Origin: an uncultured Desulfobacter sp.
GTDB lineage: Bacteria; Desulfobacterota; Desulfobacteria; Desulfobacterales; Desulfobacteraceae
Reading direction: 5' to 3'
DNA length: 64,000 nt
NCBI GenBank assembly: GCA_963665095.1
Contig: OY762069.1
Span: 3,424,001 to 3,488,000, forward strand
Shown one piece after another: positions 51,887-60,117 of this stretch; the stretch's first letter is position 1; every line of letters begins with the position of its first letter. The notes beneath the pieces are model-generated. The model was given only the letters and a program-made list of their open reading frames with translations. It was not told where the DNA came from and made no database searches. The translations under genes were made by a program, and so were the position numbers.

Positions 51887-52702
51887 CTATTGTTTTAGGC
51901 TCCGGTTTCTTTGTTTTTCATGGACCTCATCCACAAGATCCATGGACACTTTCCAGACCTGTTCACAAAAGGCTGAAAACGCGTTTAACGCCTCCGGTTC
52001 CGGCAACAGTTCACCACCACCTTGAATCTGTCCGACAGCGTAATGATACTGGGACAGTGCATCAATATAGGTTTTGCGCGCTTCCTTTGGCACAATGACG
52101 GGCGGCAGGCCCGCCTTTAAGACCGGCAGGTTGGCAACAAGTCTTGCCATCCTGCCGTTACCATCAAAAAAGGGATGAATGTGAACAAAGGAGACATGAA
52201 GAGCAACATAAGCCTGCAATGCCGTTTCTCTATCCCCGGGCACAGTTGATGACATAAGCTTATGATAGAGCGTAAACCACTTTTCCATAAGTTGGGGGAC
52301 ATCTTCGGGCAATGCATACTCAAAGACCACCTGTTTCTCATCCACCACGCCCACAGTGGAGTTGGGCTCTTTTTTCCAGCCCCCCACAGGTTTGTATATA
52401 TCAACAACCACATGGGTCTGAACCGCTTTGTGAAGATTGAACAGCGCCTCTTCATCAAAAGATCCCCCCTGGTCCAGCAATCCATAAACCAGATCAATGG
52501 CCCTGGCATGACCCACCACCTCCTCATGGTCCTTGAGGGGCTTGCCCGAAACGGTCAAGCCCTCTTCAAGAACAAAGGCGGTTTCACCCAAAGTCAGGGA
52601 GTTGCCCTCAATGGCTGTGGAGGTGTGGGTCCACAGGTTGCGCAGCTGGGTTATCAGGGCTTTTTGGAGGTCTTTGTCAAGATCCTGTAAAAAATAAAGC
52701 AT
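51887..52702 (-). CDS. Fic family protein
   Basis: HPFFDGNGRMAR catalytic motif; N-terminal inhibitory STAIEGN. Confidence 0.9.
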   Translation of the reverse strand: MLYFLQDLDKDLQKALITQLRNLWTHTSTAIEGNSLTLGETAFVLEEGLTVSGKPLKDHEEVVGHARAIDLVYGLLDQGGSFDEEALFNLHKAVQTHVVVDIYKPVGGWKKEPNSTVGVVDEKQVVFEYALPEDVPQLMEKWFTLYHKLMSSTVPGDRETALQAYVALHVSFVHIHPFFDGNGRMARLVANLPVLKAGLPPVIVPKEARKTYIDALSQYHYAVGQIQGGGELLPEPEALNAFSAFCEQVWKVSMDLVDEVHEKQRNRSLKQ

Positions 52703-52732
52703 TTTTGCCTTCTTGATTTTATCTTCCTTTGT

Positions 52733-53596
52733 TTACATCAATTCCTGAAAGGTGACACCGCTGGGGATCTTGTCTTTATCTATAGAGACAGAATAATCAC
52801 TAAATTGACGAGCAGGTCTGGAAGAGTCTTCCCGTTCGATTTTTATCGTATCAAAAAGTGTATGCGCGTGGGCATTGCCCAGCTCGCTATCATGCTTGAA
52901 GACAATCAACTTACGGCTGCTCATAAATCCACGGGCGGCGGAGCGGTCATGTTCAAACATGTTGCTCAAAGCATTCCAAAGTAGCTCCAGGTCTTCACCG
53001 CTAAAACCTGTTTTAGAAGCTAAAGGAGCTGAGATAAATCCTTTTGACATATACAAACCATAGGGGACGATATGTTTCCGCCCCATGGTCCTTTCTTTTT
53101 CCAGATCTCTTAAATTTGTGACTGCCATGCGAGTAATACTGATTTCCTGGGAAAAAATCGGCTCTACGCTTTTAGCAAAAGCGAATTGGACAGGCCCCCT
53201 GACTTGACCACAATTAACTTCGGTGGTCATTACTGCCCCAAAGGCTCTCACATCGAAAAAATTACTGCACATCCAGCCGGTAACTTTTTTAGCATCTTCT
53301 TCTTTTTTAGGAAGCTTTTTTTTCTGAGGTTCAAGATCATATTCTTTATAGGCCAATTTGTTGGTTTCATTGAGTACAGCTTTTTCTTGAATATAAATAT
53401 TATATCCCGGTTTGCCGTCCATAAGAATTGAAACATGATTTCTTATTTTACGTTTGAGGCAGACATCGGTTACCAGGCCGTACCCGGTTTCAGGATCAAA
53501 CCGGGGCAAATTCCCTGCATCAGGGTCACCATTGGGGTTCCCGTTTTCAACATCAAACAGCAGCACAAATTCGTACCGGTTAGCAATCGCAGTCAT
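52733..53596 (-). CDS. cas7: type I-C Cas7/Csd2
   Basis: [40 protein letters not shown]. Confidence 0.97.
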   Translation of the reverse strand: MTAIANRYEFVLLFDVENGNPNGDPDAGNLPRFDPETGYGLVTDVCLKRKIRNHVSILMDGKPGYNIYIQEKAVLNETNKLAYKEYDLEPQKKKLPKKEEDAKKVTGWMCSNFFDVRAFGAVMTTEVNCGQVRGPVQFAFAKSVEPIFSQEISITRMAVTNLRDLEKERTMGRKHIVPYGLYMSKGFISAPLASKTGFSGEDLELLWNALSNMFEHDRSAARGFMSSRKLIVFKHDSELGNAHAHTLFDTIKIEREDSSRPARQFSDYSVSIDKDKIPSGVTFQELM

Positions 53597-53599
53597 GAT

Positions 53600-55366
53600 T
53601 TAAACCTCCTCATTTTTTTTAGTAAAAAAGCTTTTACGCTGATGATAGTATCCAATCATAAAAAGCCCTTGCGCCTCTGCAGGAAGTGTTGCCGGGAAAG
53701 CGTCAAACTTATCCACGATTTCCTGAACCAGTCTTTCAAAATAGGTTGCCCGTCCCGTTTTTTCAGGATCTTTTCTAAGCTTAGCAATATGATTGGTTGA
53801 ATTCTTTAAAATCATGTGGAAAACAAGTCCCGGTGTAGCCGAAGCAGATGAAAGATAACGGTCTTTCATGGTTGCATTGGCACCGGGAATCGCCTCTTCC
53901 TGTGCTTTTTCCAAAACTGAAAAAAGACGACCCAATAGATACGATCCATCGGTTCTCTCAATGTCCAGCGTCATGGTTACCTCCTTTAAATTAGTCGCGG
54001 TTGAATTGCGCATAAGAAAAGCTTTAAGCATAGCAGCTCGAAAATAGGTTATATTGTGTTCACTGCGAATACGTTGAAGAACAAGCGGTAACAAATTCTG
54101 CGGAAAAGCAGAACCTGTTAAAATTGCGCGGGCCATGTTGCCTGCCAATACCGGTGAAACATTCTCACTTTTCCCTTGAGAAGCTGTTTGACAGAGCAGA
54201 CGCCAAAGCGGCGGGTATTCAGGCTCATTTTCGAACTGCCTTGCAATGGAAAGCTGGTCAAAGTAATTACTTATTCTTTTTAACAGGTTGCCGAAACTGT
54301 CCACTTCCCAAAAACGAATGGAAAGTCGGGCTGCATTGGGCGATAATCCTAAAATAAAAAACCGAATCGAATCATCCAGGTCCGGCATTATATCTGTTAC
54401 TCTACGGCCGTCTTTGACCGCACGTAAAAGCCCACGTATCTTTTCGGCTGTTTCCTGGTCATCCTGGTTCTTTTTCGAGGGATCTGTTTCTATTTCAGGA
54501 GGATCAAAAAGATCCGCAAAAAGGTCTTCAGCCGGACTGGGTTTTTCAGCCCAGAAAACCAGCGTCATGTCGCCGATGGTAATATGCTGGCGGCTATTAG
54601 ACGATAACAGTGAGTTTAAGGCTGTGGTATAGGCAAAGGCTGACATTTCACTTACAGCAGCTTTATCTTGCCCATAGGAGACAAATGCCGTTGCATTGTA
54701 TGAAACGATATACCCCCCTGATGTTTGCCCTCCCCTGACTCCTTTTATCGGGGTATGAACTCTGGCTTGGGGGACATCTTTTTCACCATTGACCATACAT
54801 TGGATACTGGGAGCGCTGTTTGACTGCTCAACGTATTTCAACCAGGCGTTGCGGACAAGGCTTCGCTCATGAATATAACCGGTGGTTCCATCCAGCCGAA
54901 ATACAAAATTAGCGTTACACAGGTCATCCCAGGAATGATATTCTATAAGCACAGATTCAGTTTCCTGGCTATTCCATTGCTGGAGAAAGGCTAACACGGC
55001 GTGAATAGCGTTATCTTCTATGCCTTGGCACACTTCGCTGATTAATCCTTGAAAAGCTTCAAACCGCGATCTATTATCATCTGTAGGCCCATCGGAATCA
55101 GCCCCCAGCACATAGGCCGCCTTATCCCACAAAAAATTGGCTTTTACACCAGATGTCCTGGTAACTGCGGCTGGCACAGGGATCATTCTGGGGATTAATT
55201 TCCTTCCACTTTGTTCCCTTAAATCATCCACGCCCTTGAGTGATCCTTTATCATCAATAATCAAGGCAAATGAGATCTTCTCAATACTTGTGCCAAACGG
55301 CGGCATCCCGGAGTCTGAGTCTGCAGCCACTCTTTCATAGTAACTGTTTAAGGCCTGGAGAATCAT
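53600..55366 (-). CDS. cas8c: type I-C Cas8c/Csd1
   Basis: [36 protein letters not shown]. Confidence 0.95.
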   Translation of the reverse strand: MILQALNSYYERVAADSDSGMPPFGTSIEKISFALIIDDKGSLKGVDDLREQSGRKLIPRMIPVPAAVTRTSGVKANFLWDKAAYVLGADSDGPTDDNRSRFEAFQGLISEVCQGIEDNAIHAVLAFLQQWNSQETESVLIEYHSWDDLCNANFVFRLDGTTGYIHERSLVRNAWLKYVEQSNSAPSIQCMVNGEKDVPQARVHTPIKGVRGGQTSGGYIVSYNATAFVSYGQDKAAVSEMSAFAYTTALNSLLSSNSRQHITIGDMTLVFWAEKPSPAEDLFADLFDPPEIETDPSKKNQDDQETAEKIRGLLRAVKDGRRVTDIMPDLDDSIRFFILGLSPNAARLSIRFWEVDSFGNLLKRISNYFDQLSIARQFENEPEYPPLWRLLCQTASQGKSENVSPVLAGNMARAILTGSAFPQNLLPLVLQRIRSEHNITYFRAAMLKAFLMRNSTATNLKEVTMTLDIERTDGSYLLGRLFSVLEKAQEEAIPGANATMKDRYLSSASATPGLVFHMILKNSTNHIAKLRKDPEKTGRATYFERLVQEIVDKFDAFPATLPAEAQGLFMIGYYHQRKSFFTKKNEEV

Positions 55367-56028
55367 GATTTTACCTCCGAAGATAAAGGAGAGGGCGGTC
55401 TGATAATTCCGTTTTCCATAACAGCTTTAAAAAAAAGAGGGGTTTGATTGTTATTAAAATCTATGTCCAGCAACATATACCCCAAATCCTTAGAGTATCC
55501 GTTATAGCAAGAGACCGGAATTTCATCTTCCAGCAGTTCGAAAGCGGCGGGGAACTCCCGGCATCCTAAGCACGGCTGATGAAAAAACTGCCCATTTTGT
55601 GCCCGTCTGTTAAAGATACTCAGATGCTTGCCTTCGTTATCATCACTACCGGCCTTATCCGTCATTTCAAAATGCGCCTCAATGATATAAGCGACGTCCC
55701 TGAGCAGGGTAGTCGCACGCTGCTGTCTGTTTTTACCGTCATCGACAAGATAATAAAGACGTTTTTCCTTGCTCATAACCGTGGAGGGATTAGGTTTAGG
55801 AATCTTAGACGCCACTTCATTGCGGCGGACATTATCGAATTTAATAGGATTTAAAACGTGTATTTTATCAATGACCCAACGAATAGCCGGCTTCCAATGA
55901 ATTGCTTCCAGAATACCTCGAGCGGCCGAGGGCGTCATAACATCATAAGATACACGTTCCACTTTCATCTCCGGGCGGGTAAAGCAGGCATAATCGCCCC
56001 AGACCTTCAACTTGATTCCAAATGCCAT
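55363..56028 (-). CDS. cas5: type I-C Cas5 (Cas5d)
   Basis: [28 protein letters not shown]. True start is ATG 56028 after AAGGAG, not the track start 56091. Confidence 0.95.
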   Translation of the reverse strand: MAFGIKLKVWGDYACFTRPEMKVERVSYDVMTPSAARGILEAIHWKPAIRWVIDKIHVLNPIKFDNVRRNEVASKIPKPNPSTVMSKEKRLYYLVDDGKNRQQRATTLLRDVAYIIEAHFEMTDKAGSDDNEGKHLSIFNRRAQNGQFFHQPCLGCREFPAAFELLEDEIPVSCYNGYSKDLGYMLLDIDFNNNQTPLFFKAVMENGIIRPPSPLSSEVKS

Positions 56029-56050
56029 AAATTGTCTCCTTTTTAGAGAT

Positions 56051-56146
56051 TGCAGGCCATAAATATCATCTGTTTTATAAATGGCCTGCATGCCCTAGCT
56101 GCTTCTACCTAATGTTTCAATCCACATTCCCGTATTCGGAAACGAC
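56051..56146 (-). ncRNA. crRNA-like regulatory RNA: degenerate repeat (56114-56146), 23-nt guide (56091-56113), 3' hairpin (56051-56090)
   Basis: GTCGTTTCCGAATACGGGAATGTGGATTGAAAC keeps the 11-nt handle and an 8-bp stem; the guide matches the PAM-flanked site 56305-56324. Confidence 0.8.
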
Positions 56147-56154
56147 ATATCCTT

Positions 56155-56229
56155 TTATGGGGACTCCAAAACGAGTTCAACATCAAACAGTTCTTTTCCC
56201 CAAATGGCTATTTTAAGCTTTATCCGCAT
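56155..56229 (-). CDS. 24-aa small ORF MRIKLKIAIWGKELFDVELVLESP (candidate CRISPR-repressed toxin or leader peptide)
   Basis: Strong SD GAGGGGGG, ATG 56229, TAA 56155; first ORF after the promoter. Confidence 0.55.
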   Translation of the reverse strand: MRIKLKIAIWGKELFDVELVLESP

Positions 56230-56262
56230 ATGATCCCCCCTCTTTAAATTAATTGCATATTA

Positions 56263-56324
56263 AAAATAGAAGGGAAAAAGTTAATAGTCAAGAATAAATT
56301 ATTCATTAGTTAGAATAAGCTTGG
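56263..56324 (-). promoter_or_regulatory. cascade-operon promoter (TTGACT-N17-TATTTT) with upstream TTC-PAM protospacer
   Basis: -35 at 56286-56291, -10 at 56263-56268; + strand TTC 56302-56304 then ATTAGTTAGAATAAGCTTGG. Confidence 0.7.
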
Positions 56325-56331
56325 TAACTAA

Positions 56332-58521
56332 TCATTGAATTAAACTTCCAACGTCCCAAACATCTGCACGGTCAATCATCAAGCCCACATCACCGCTATA
56401 CGCCCCCTTATTTTGTAATATCGGGATCTCGTCATGAATTAGTTCAATTGCTCCTACAGTATACAACTTGGTGTATTCTCCGGCCCTAACAGCAACCAGA
56501 TAGGGTTGAAGTTTTCTAAGCAGAATCCCTGGAAATTCTGTGTACCTAAGCTGTTCAACCAATTGCTCTGCTTCTGGTTCCCCGGGCACCACAACGCCAA
56601 TCGTATCGTCTTCAATAAACCGAAAATCCCGGGCAACCTCCTTGAAAGGGAACAAAAGATCTTTATCAAGTATCTTGGGATTTAAACGGCGCATGATCTG
56701 TTTCTTATCCAGATCTTCGATGTCATAAAGCAGTTCAAAATAACGCCGCATCACCTGAGTACTCATAGGATCATATTCCGGCATACAGCGTATTGCCTCA
56801 GCGGTTTTCGAAATACACCTGTTAAGCCAGGGCATCCGAGGCTTTTTTTCCGGTTCAAAAATAAAAACCTGCCCAAGCCCTTTCATCTTGCCCTCTCGAT
56901 TACAACGACCGGCAGCCTGAGCAATGGAATCCAAACCAGAGATGGCCCTGAAAACAACCGGAAAATCCAAATCAACCCCAGCCTCCACAAGAGAAGTGGC
57001 AACCACCACACATTTTTTATTTTCACGCAAACGCCGCCTTATTCTCTTAAATATCTGCCTCCGATGCTGTGGATACATATTTGTGGATAAATGAAAAATC
57101 CCGACATTTTTTTTATTTAACAACTCGAATATTTTCCGGGCTTGTGATTTTGTGGCGGCAATACACAACGCCTGGTTCTCAAAATTCATAAGCTGCGCAA
57201 TTTCTTCATCCGTTTTTTTCCCGATAAAAGAGACATTGGTGCGCTTTAATTTTGAAAAAATTAGGTCTGGCTCATCAATTATTTCTTTAATTTGCGGCAA
57301 AGCTGACCGTAAACGACTGGTATCATCAAAGGCCGGTTGAGTTGCTGTGCATAAGACGACGGTACAACCGTAGTGAGCCACCAATTCCCGAAGGGCGGCA
57401 AGGCAAGGTTCTAGATAATCAGCCGGGACGGCCTGTGCTTCGTCTATCACAATAACACTTCGAGCAATATTGTGAAGTTTACGGCAACGGGAAGATTTAT
57501 TATTAAAAAGGGATTCAAAGAATTGTACATTGGTGGTGACTATAATCGGGCAATCCCAATTTTCTGTGGCCAATCCCCGTCGCCGGTTATAAGCAGCCTC
57601 TTCGGGTTCATCAGATTCTTTATAATTGCAATGATGTTCGAGAACTGAATTTCTCCCAAAAATATTTTGGAAAACTCCTGCATTCTGTTCAATGATTGAG
57701 GTGAAAGGAATCGTATAAATTATTCTGTCCATACCATTTTCGACCGCATGATCTAAAGCGAAACTCATGGAAGACAACGTTTTTCCGCCACCTGTCGGCA
57801 CTGTGAAAGAAAAAAACTGTGGCGGTAATTGGGCTTTTCCTTTGCATTGGCCGAATATAATCCTTCGAAGCTTGTTCACATGGGTCGGCTGAGCGCTTGC
57901 AAGAATATCATTCATGTAAATTTCCATCTTGCGTTGAAGCTCAGATATGTTTTTTTCTTGCTGGAATCGCCCCCTTTCTTTTGCAATTTCGGGGGCACAA
58001 AATTTTTCAGTATCTAAAAAGTCAGCGTCAACAAGGCAGGAAAAAATCATTCGAGTAAAAAATGACAAAGAAAAGCCCCCAGTTTCTCTTTCCAGTTTAA
58101 ATGGGAAGTCTAATTTTTTAAGATACGGGTTTATTAAATCAAGTTTTTCAGTTTCATGAGAATTGTTATGCTTTAACCGAAAATGCAACTGTGTCTCCTG
58201 CTCTCCACCGTCAGGAATCCCACCATGATGGCCCGCAATTGCATAAGATAAGAGCAGGCCAAGATTACCACTGCTTTCCTTTGCCAGGCAAGCACCAAAG
58301 GAGGAATGGTCCACTCGTTCTGGACTACCCTCCAATCTTCGTTGAAAAGCTAAAGTTGCTTTTCCGGCATCATGCAGTAATCCAGCCAAATTCCCCCATT
58401 TTTTTGCCTCGAAAGTTCCCGAAAAACAACCCGCCATATTGGCAACATTCGTCAGATGAGTTTCCAGAAGCTGCCATTCTTTTTTTGGTCTCTCTTGTAA
58501 ACTGTGTGCGTAGTATTTCAT
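56332..58521 (-). CDS. cas3: CRISPR-associated helicase/nuclease Cas3
   Basis: YYAHS, LHDAGK (HD), PTGGGKT, DEAQ, QAAGRCNRE; start ATG 58521 after GGAGAGG. Confidence 0.97.
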   Translation of the reverse strand: MKYYAHSLQERPKKEWQLLETHLTNVANMAGCFSGTFEAKKWGNLAGLLHDAGKATLAFQRRLEGSPERVDHSSFGACLAKESSGNLGLLLSYAIAGHHGGIPDGGEQETQLHFRLKHNNSHETEKLDLINPYLKKLDFPFKLERETGGFSLSFFTRMIFSCLVDADFLDTEKFCAPEIAKERGRFQQEKNISELQRKMEIYMNDILASAQPTHVNKLRRIIFGQCKGKAQLPPQFFSFTVPTGGGKTLSSMSFALDHAVENGMDRIIYTIPFTSIIEQNAGVFQNIFGRNSVLEHHCNYKESDEPEEAAYNRRRGLATENWDCPIIVTTNVQFFESLFNNKSSRCRKLHNIARSVIVIDEAQAVPADYLEPCLAALRELVAHYGCTVVLCTATQPAFDDTSRLRSALPQIKEIIDEPDLIFSKLKRTNVSFIGKKTDEEIAQLMNFENQALCIAATKSQARKIFELLNKKNVGIFHLSTNMYPQHRRQIFKRIRRRLRENKKCVVVATSLVEAGVDLDFPVVFRAISGLDSIAQAAGRCNREGKMKGLGQVFIFEPEKKPRMPWLNRCISKTAEAIRCMPEYDPMSTQVMRRYFELLYDIEDLDKKQIMRRLNPKILDKDLLFPFKEVARDFRFIEDDTIGVVVPGEPEAEQLVEQLRYTEFPGILLRKLQPYLVAVRAGEYTKLYTVGAIELIHDEIPILQNKGAYSGDVGLMIDRADVWDVGSLIQ

Positions 58522-58869
58522 TCCTCTCCACAGACATTCCCTTTGTGGTAAGCAAACTGAGTTCAAGCCATTGGTAAATTAAATCATTTTAACTTACTGA
58601 AAGGGACATTTTTTATAACGTTAAAAAACAACCAGTTCAAAATTTCCAATAGACAATGCTGCACCTGCTTCTAAAATCCCTGCTCGTCTATCCGTTCCAT
58701 TTGACCTTCCAGAAACTTGCTCAACACAGGATCACGAGGCAAGCCCAAGTTTATCAACGGCAACTTTTCTTGTCAGAAAAGGTTTGATTGAGTTTAGCAG
58801 AGCCGGGGCTGTGACTACTCCCTCATCAAATTTTTAAAATGTGCTGGCTCATAAGGTTCCTTTAATGCA

Positions 58870-60018
58870 TTATATTTTTACAAGCTTTATCTCCTCGATC
58901 ATTGTGTTAATCTCTTTGATCTCCTGCTGGGCGGATTCGACCCCGGCGGCGGTGGTCAACAGGTCGAAAAACCGCCCATTGGCATTGAGTATCCGGCGGG
59001 AAGCGTCAGGTTCGCTATAATCGGTCCGGCTGTAGTGGGTTTCTATTTTCTGTTCAAAGTCATTGCGTAAATTTATTGTGATCAGGTCCAGCTCCACAAG
59101 CCGGTAAAGAAAGGCCTGGGTTGAAATACCGAATCTGTGTTTGATACGCAGCAGAAGCTCCCAGGTCCAGGTGGAAGGGCTTACGCCCAGCTGGGCCACG
59201 GTGGCTTTTACTGCGGTGTCAGGCATGAGAAAGGTGGCAGCGAAATGTTTGGCCGCCCGCATGGACTTAATGGGGCGCGGGTCGTCCGGTGTTGGGGCTT
59301 TTTCCGGGAAAAGCGTGTCTTTGCGATGGGTCATCTGGTTGAAAATCAGGATCTTTCCCAGTTCGGCAGCCAGGCTGAACAGCTGCTTTTCCGGGTTCTT
59401 GCGCGTGTTGATGAAAAAGAAGGCGTTTTGATGGGTGGGTTCATAAAAGGAAACCGACTCAAGATCCTGGGCGGACCGCATAAAAGGAAATAAAAGAACC
59501 CGCAATCCGAAATTTTCAAACAGCTCAAGGTAATCAAATACCACAGCATCGCCTGTGCCCATGGCGGTTCTGATCCGGGCGGCCAGGGCCTCCATGCCGG
59601 TGTATTCCGGGTCAAAGGGAAGAGATAAGGGAATGGTGGCGTGTTTCTGGACCCCGAGAATATCCTCCAGGGAATGGAATGCGGCCATGAGATCCCGGCA
59701 GGCAGACAACAGGGCTTTGGGTGGCACCGCCGCATCCGGTTCAATGGTTACCAGGGCGGCACTGGTATCCTGGGCGGCAGCTCCGGCACGGGACGTATCC
59801 GGGGCAAACAAAGCATTGGCAGGGACATCCAGTGCCTGGGTCAGGTTGAATATCACTGTGGCCGAAGGCAAATTCTCACCGCGTTCGATGCGGCCCAGGG
59901 GACCTTCCTGGATACCGATTTTGGAAGCTAACTGAGCCAGAGTCCAGTTGCGTGAGCAGCGGAAAAACCGGATATTTTTTCCAATGAATGTTAAGTCCTG
60001 TGACATGACGCCATACAA
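58870..60018 (-). CDS. XRE-HTH / ImmA-IrrE (M78)-like regulator with degenerate metallopeptidase motif
   Basis: N-terminal XRE HTH; FSLAAELGK where HExxH is expected; FAATFLMP. Confidence 0.8.
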   Translation of the reverse strand: MYGVMSQDLTFIGKNIRFFRCSRNWTLAQLASKIGIQEGPLGRIERGENLPSATVIFNLTQALDVPANALFAPDTSRAGAAAQDTSAALVTIEPDAAVPPKALLSACRDLMAAFHSLEDILGVQKHATIPLSLPFDPEYTGMEALAARIRTAMGTGDAVVFDYLELFENFGLRVLLFPFMRSAQDLESVSFYEPTHQNAFFFINTRKNPEKQLFSLAAELGKILIFNQMTHRKDTLFPEKAPTPDDPRPIKSMRAAKHFAATFLMPDTAVKATVAQLGVSPSTWTWELLLRIKHRFGISTQAFLYRLVELDLITINLRNDFEQKIETHYSRTDYSEPDASRRILNANGRFFDLLTTAAGVESAQQEIKEINTMIEEIKLVKI

Positions 60019-60117
60019 TCATAGCATTACTTCTATGTCAATAATTAATGATATTATTCATAAAAGTGATACTTATGTAAGATTTTATAGGAATTTCATA
60101 CCCGGCCTGATAACCGG

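Noticed and set aside
56029..56091. N-terminal extension of Cas5 in the ORF track
   Set aside because: A good SD precedes ATG 56028; the extension is the RNA hairpin region.
40861..58521. CRISPR-associated transposon (CAST) hypothesis: TnsB/TnsC-like genes beside a type I system
   Set aside because: The transposon ends enclose only its four ORFs and interrupt a spacer. cas3 and cas1/2/4 are intact and no TniQ is recognisable, so this is an insertion into the array rather than a CAST.
58665..58673. CTGCTTCTA match between the regulatory guide and the cas3 upstream region
   Set aside because: Only 9 nt, seed positions 1-5 are mismatched and there is no TTC PAM.
58567..58869. Possible gene remnant between cas3 and the XRE regulator
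   Set aside because: Only short interrupted frames; no family recognisable.
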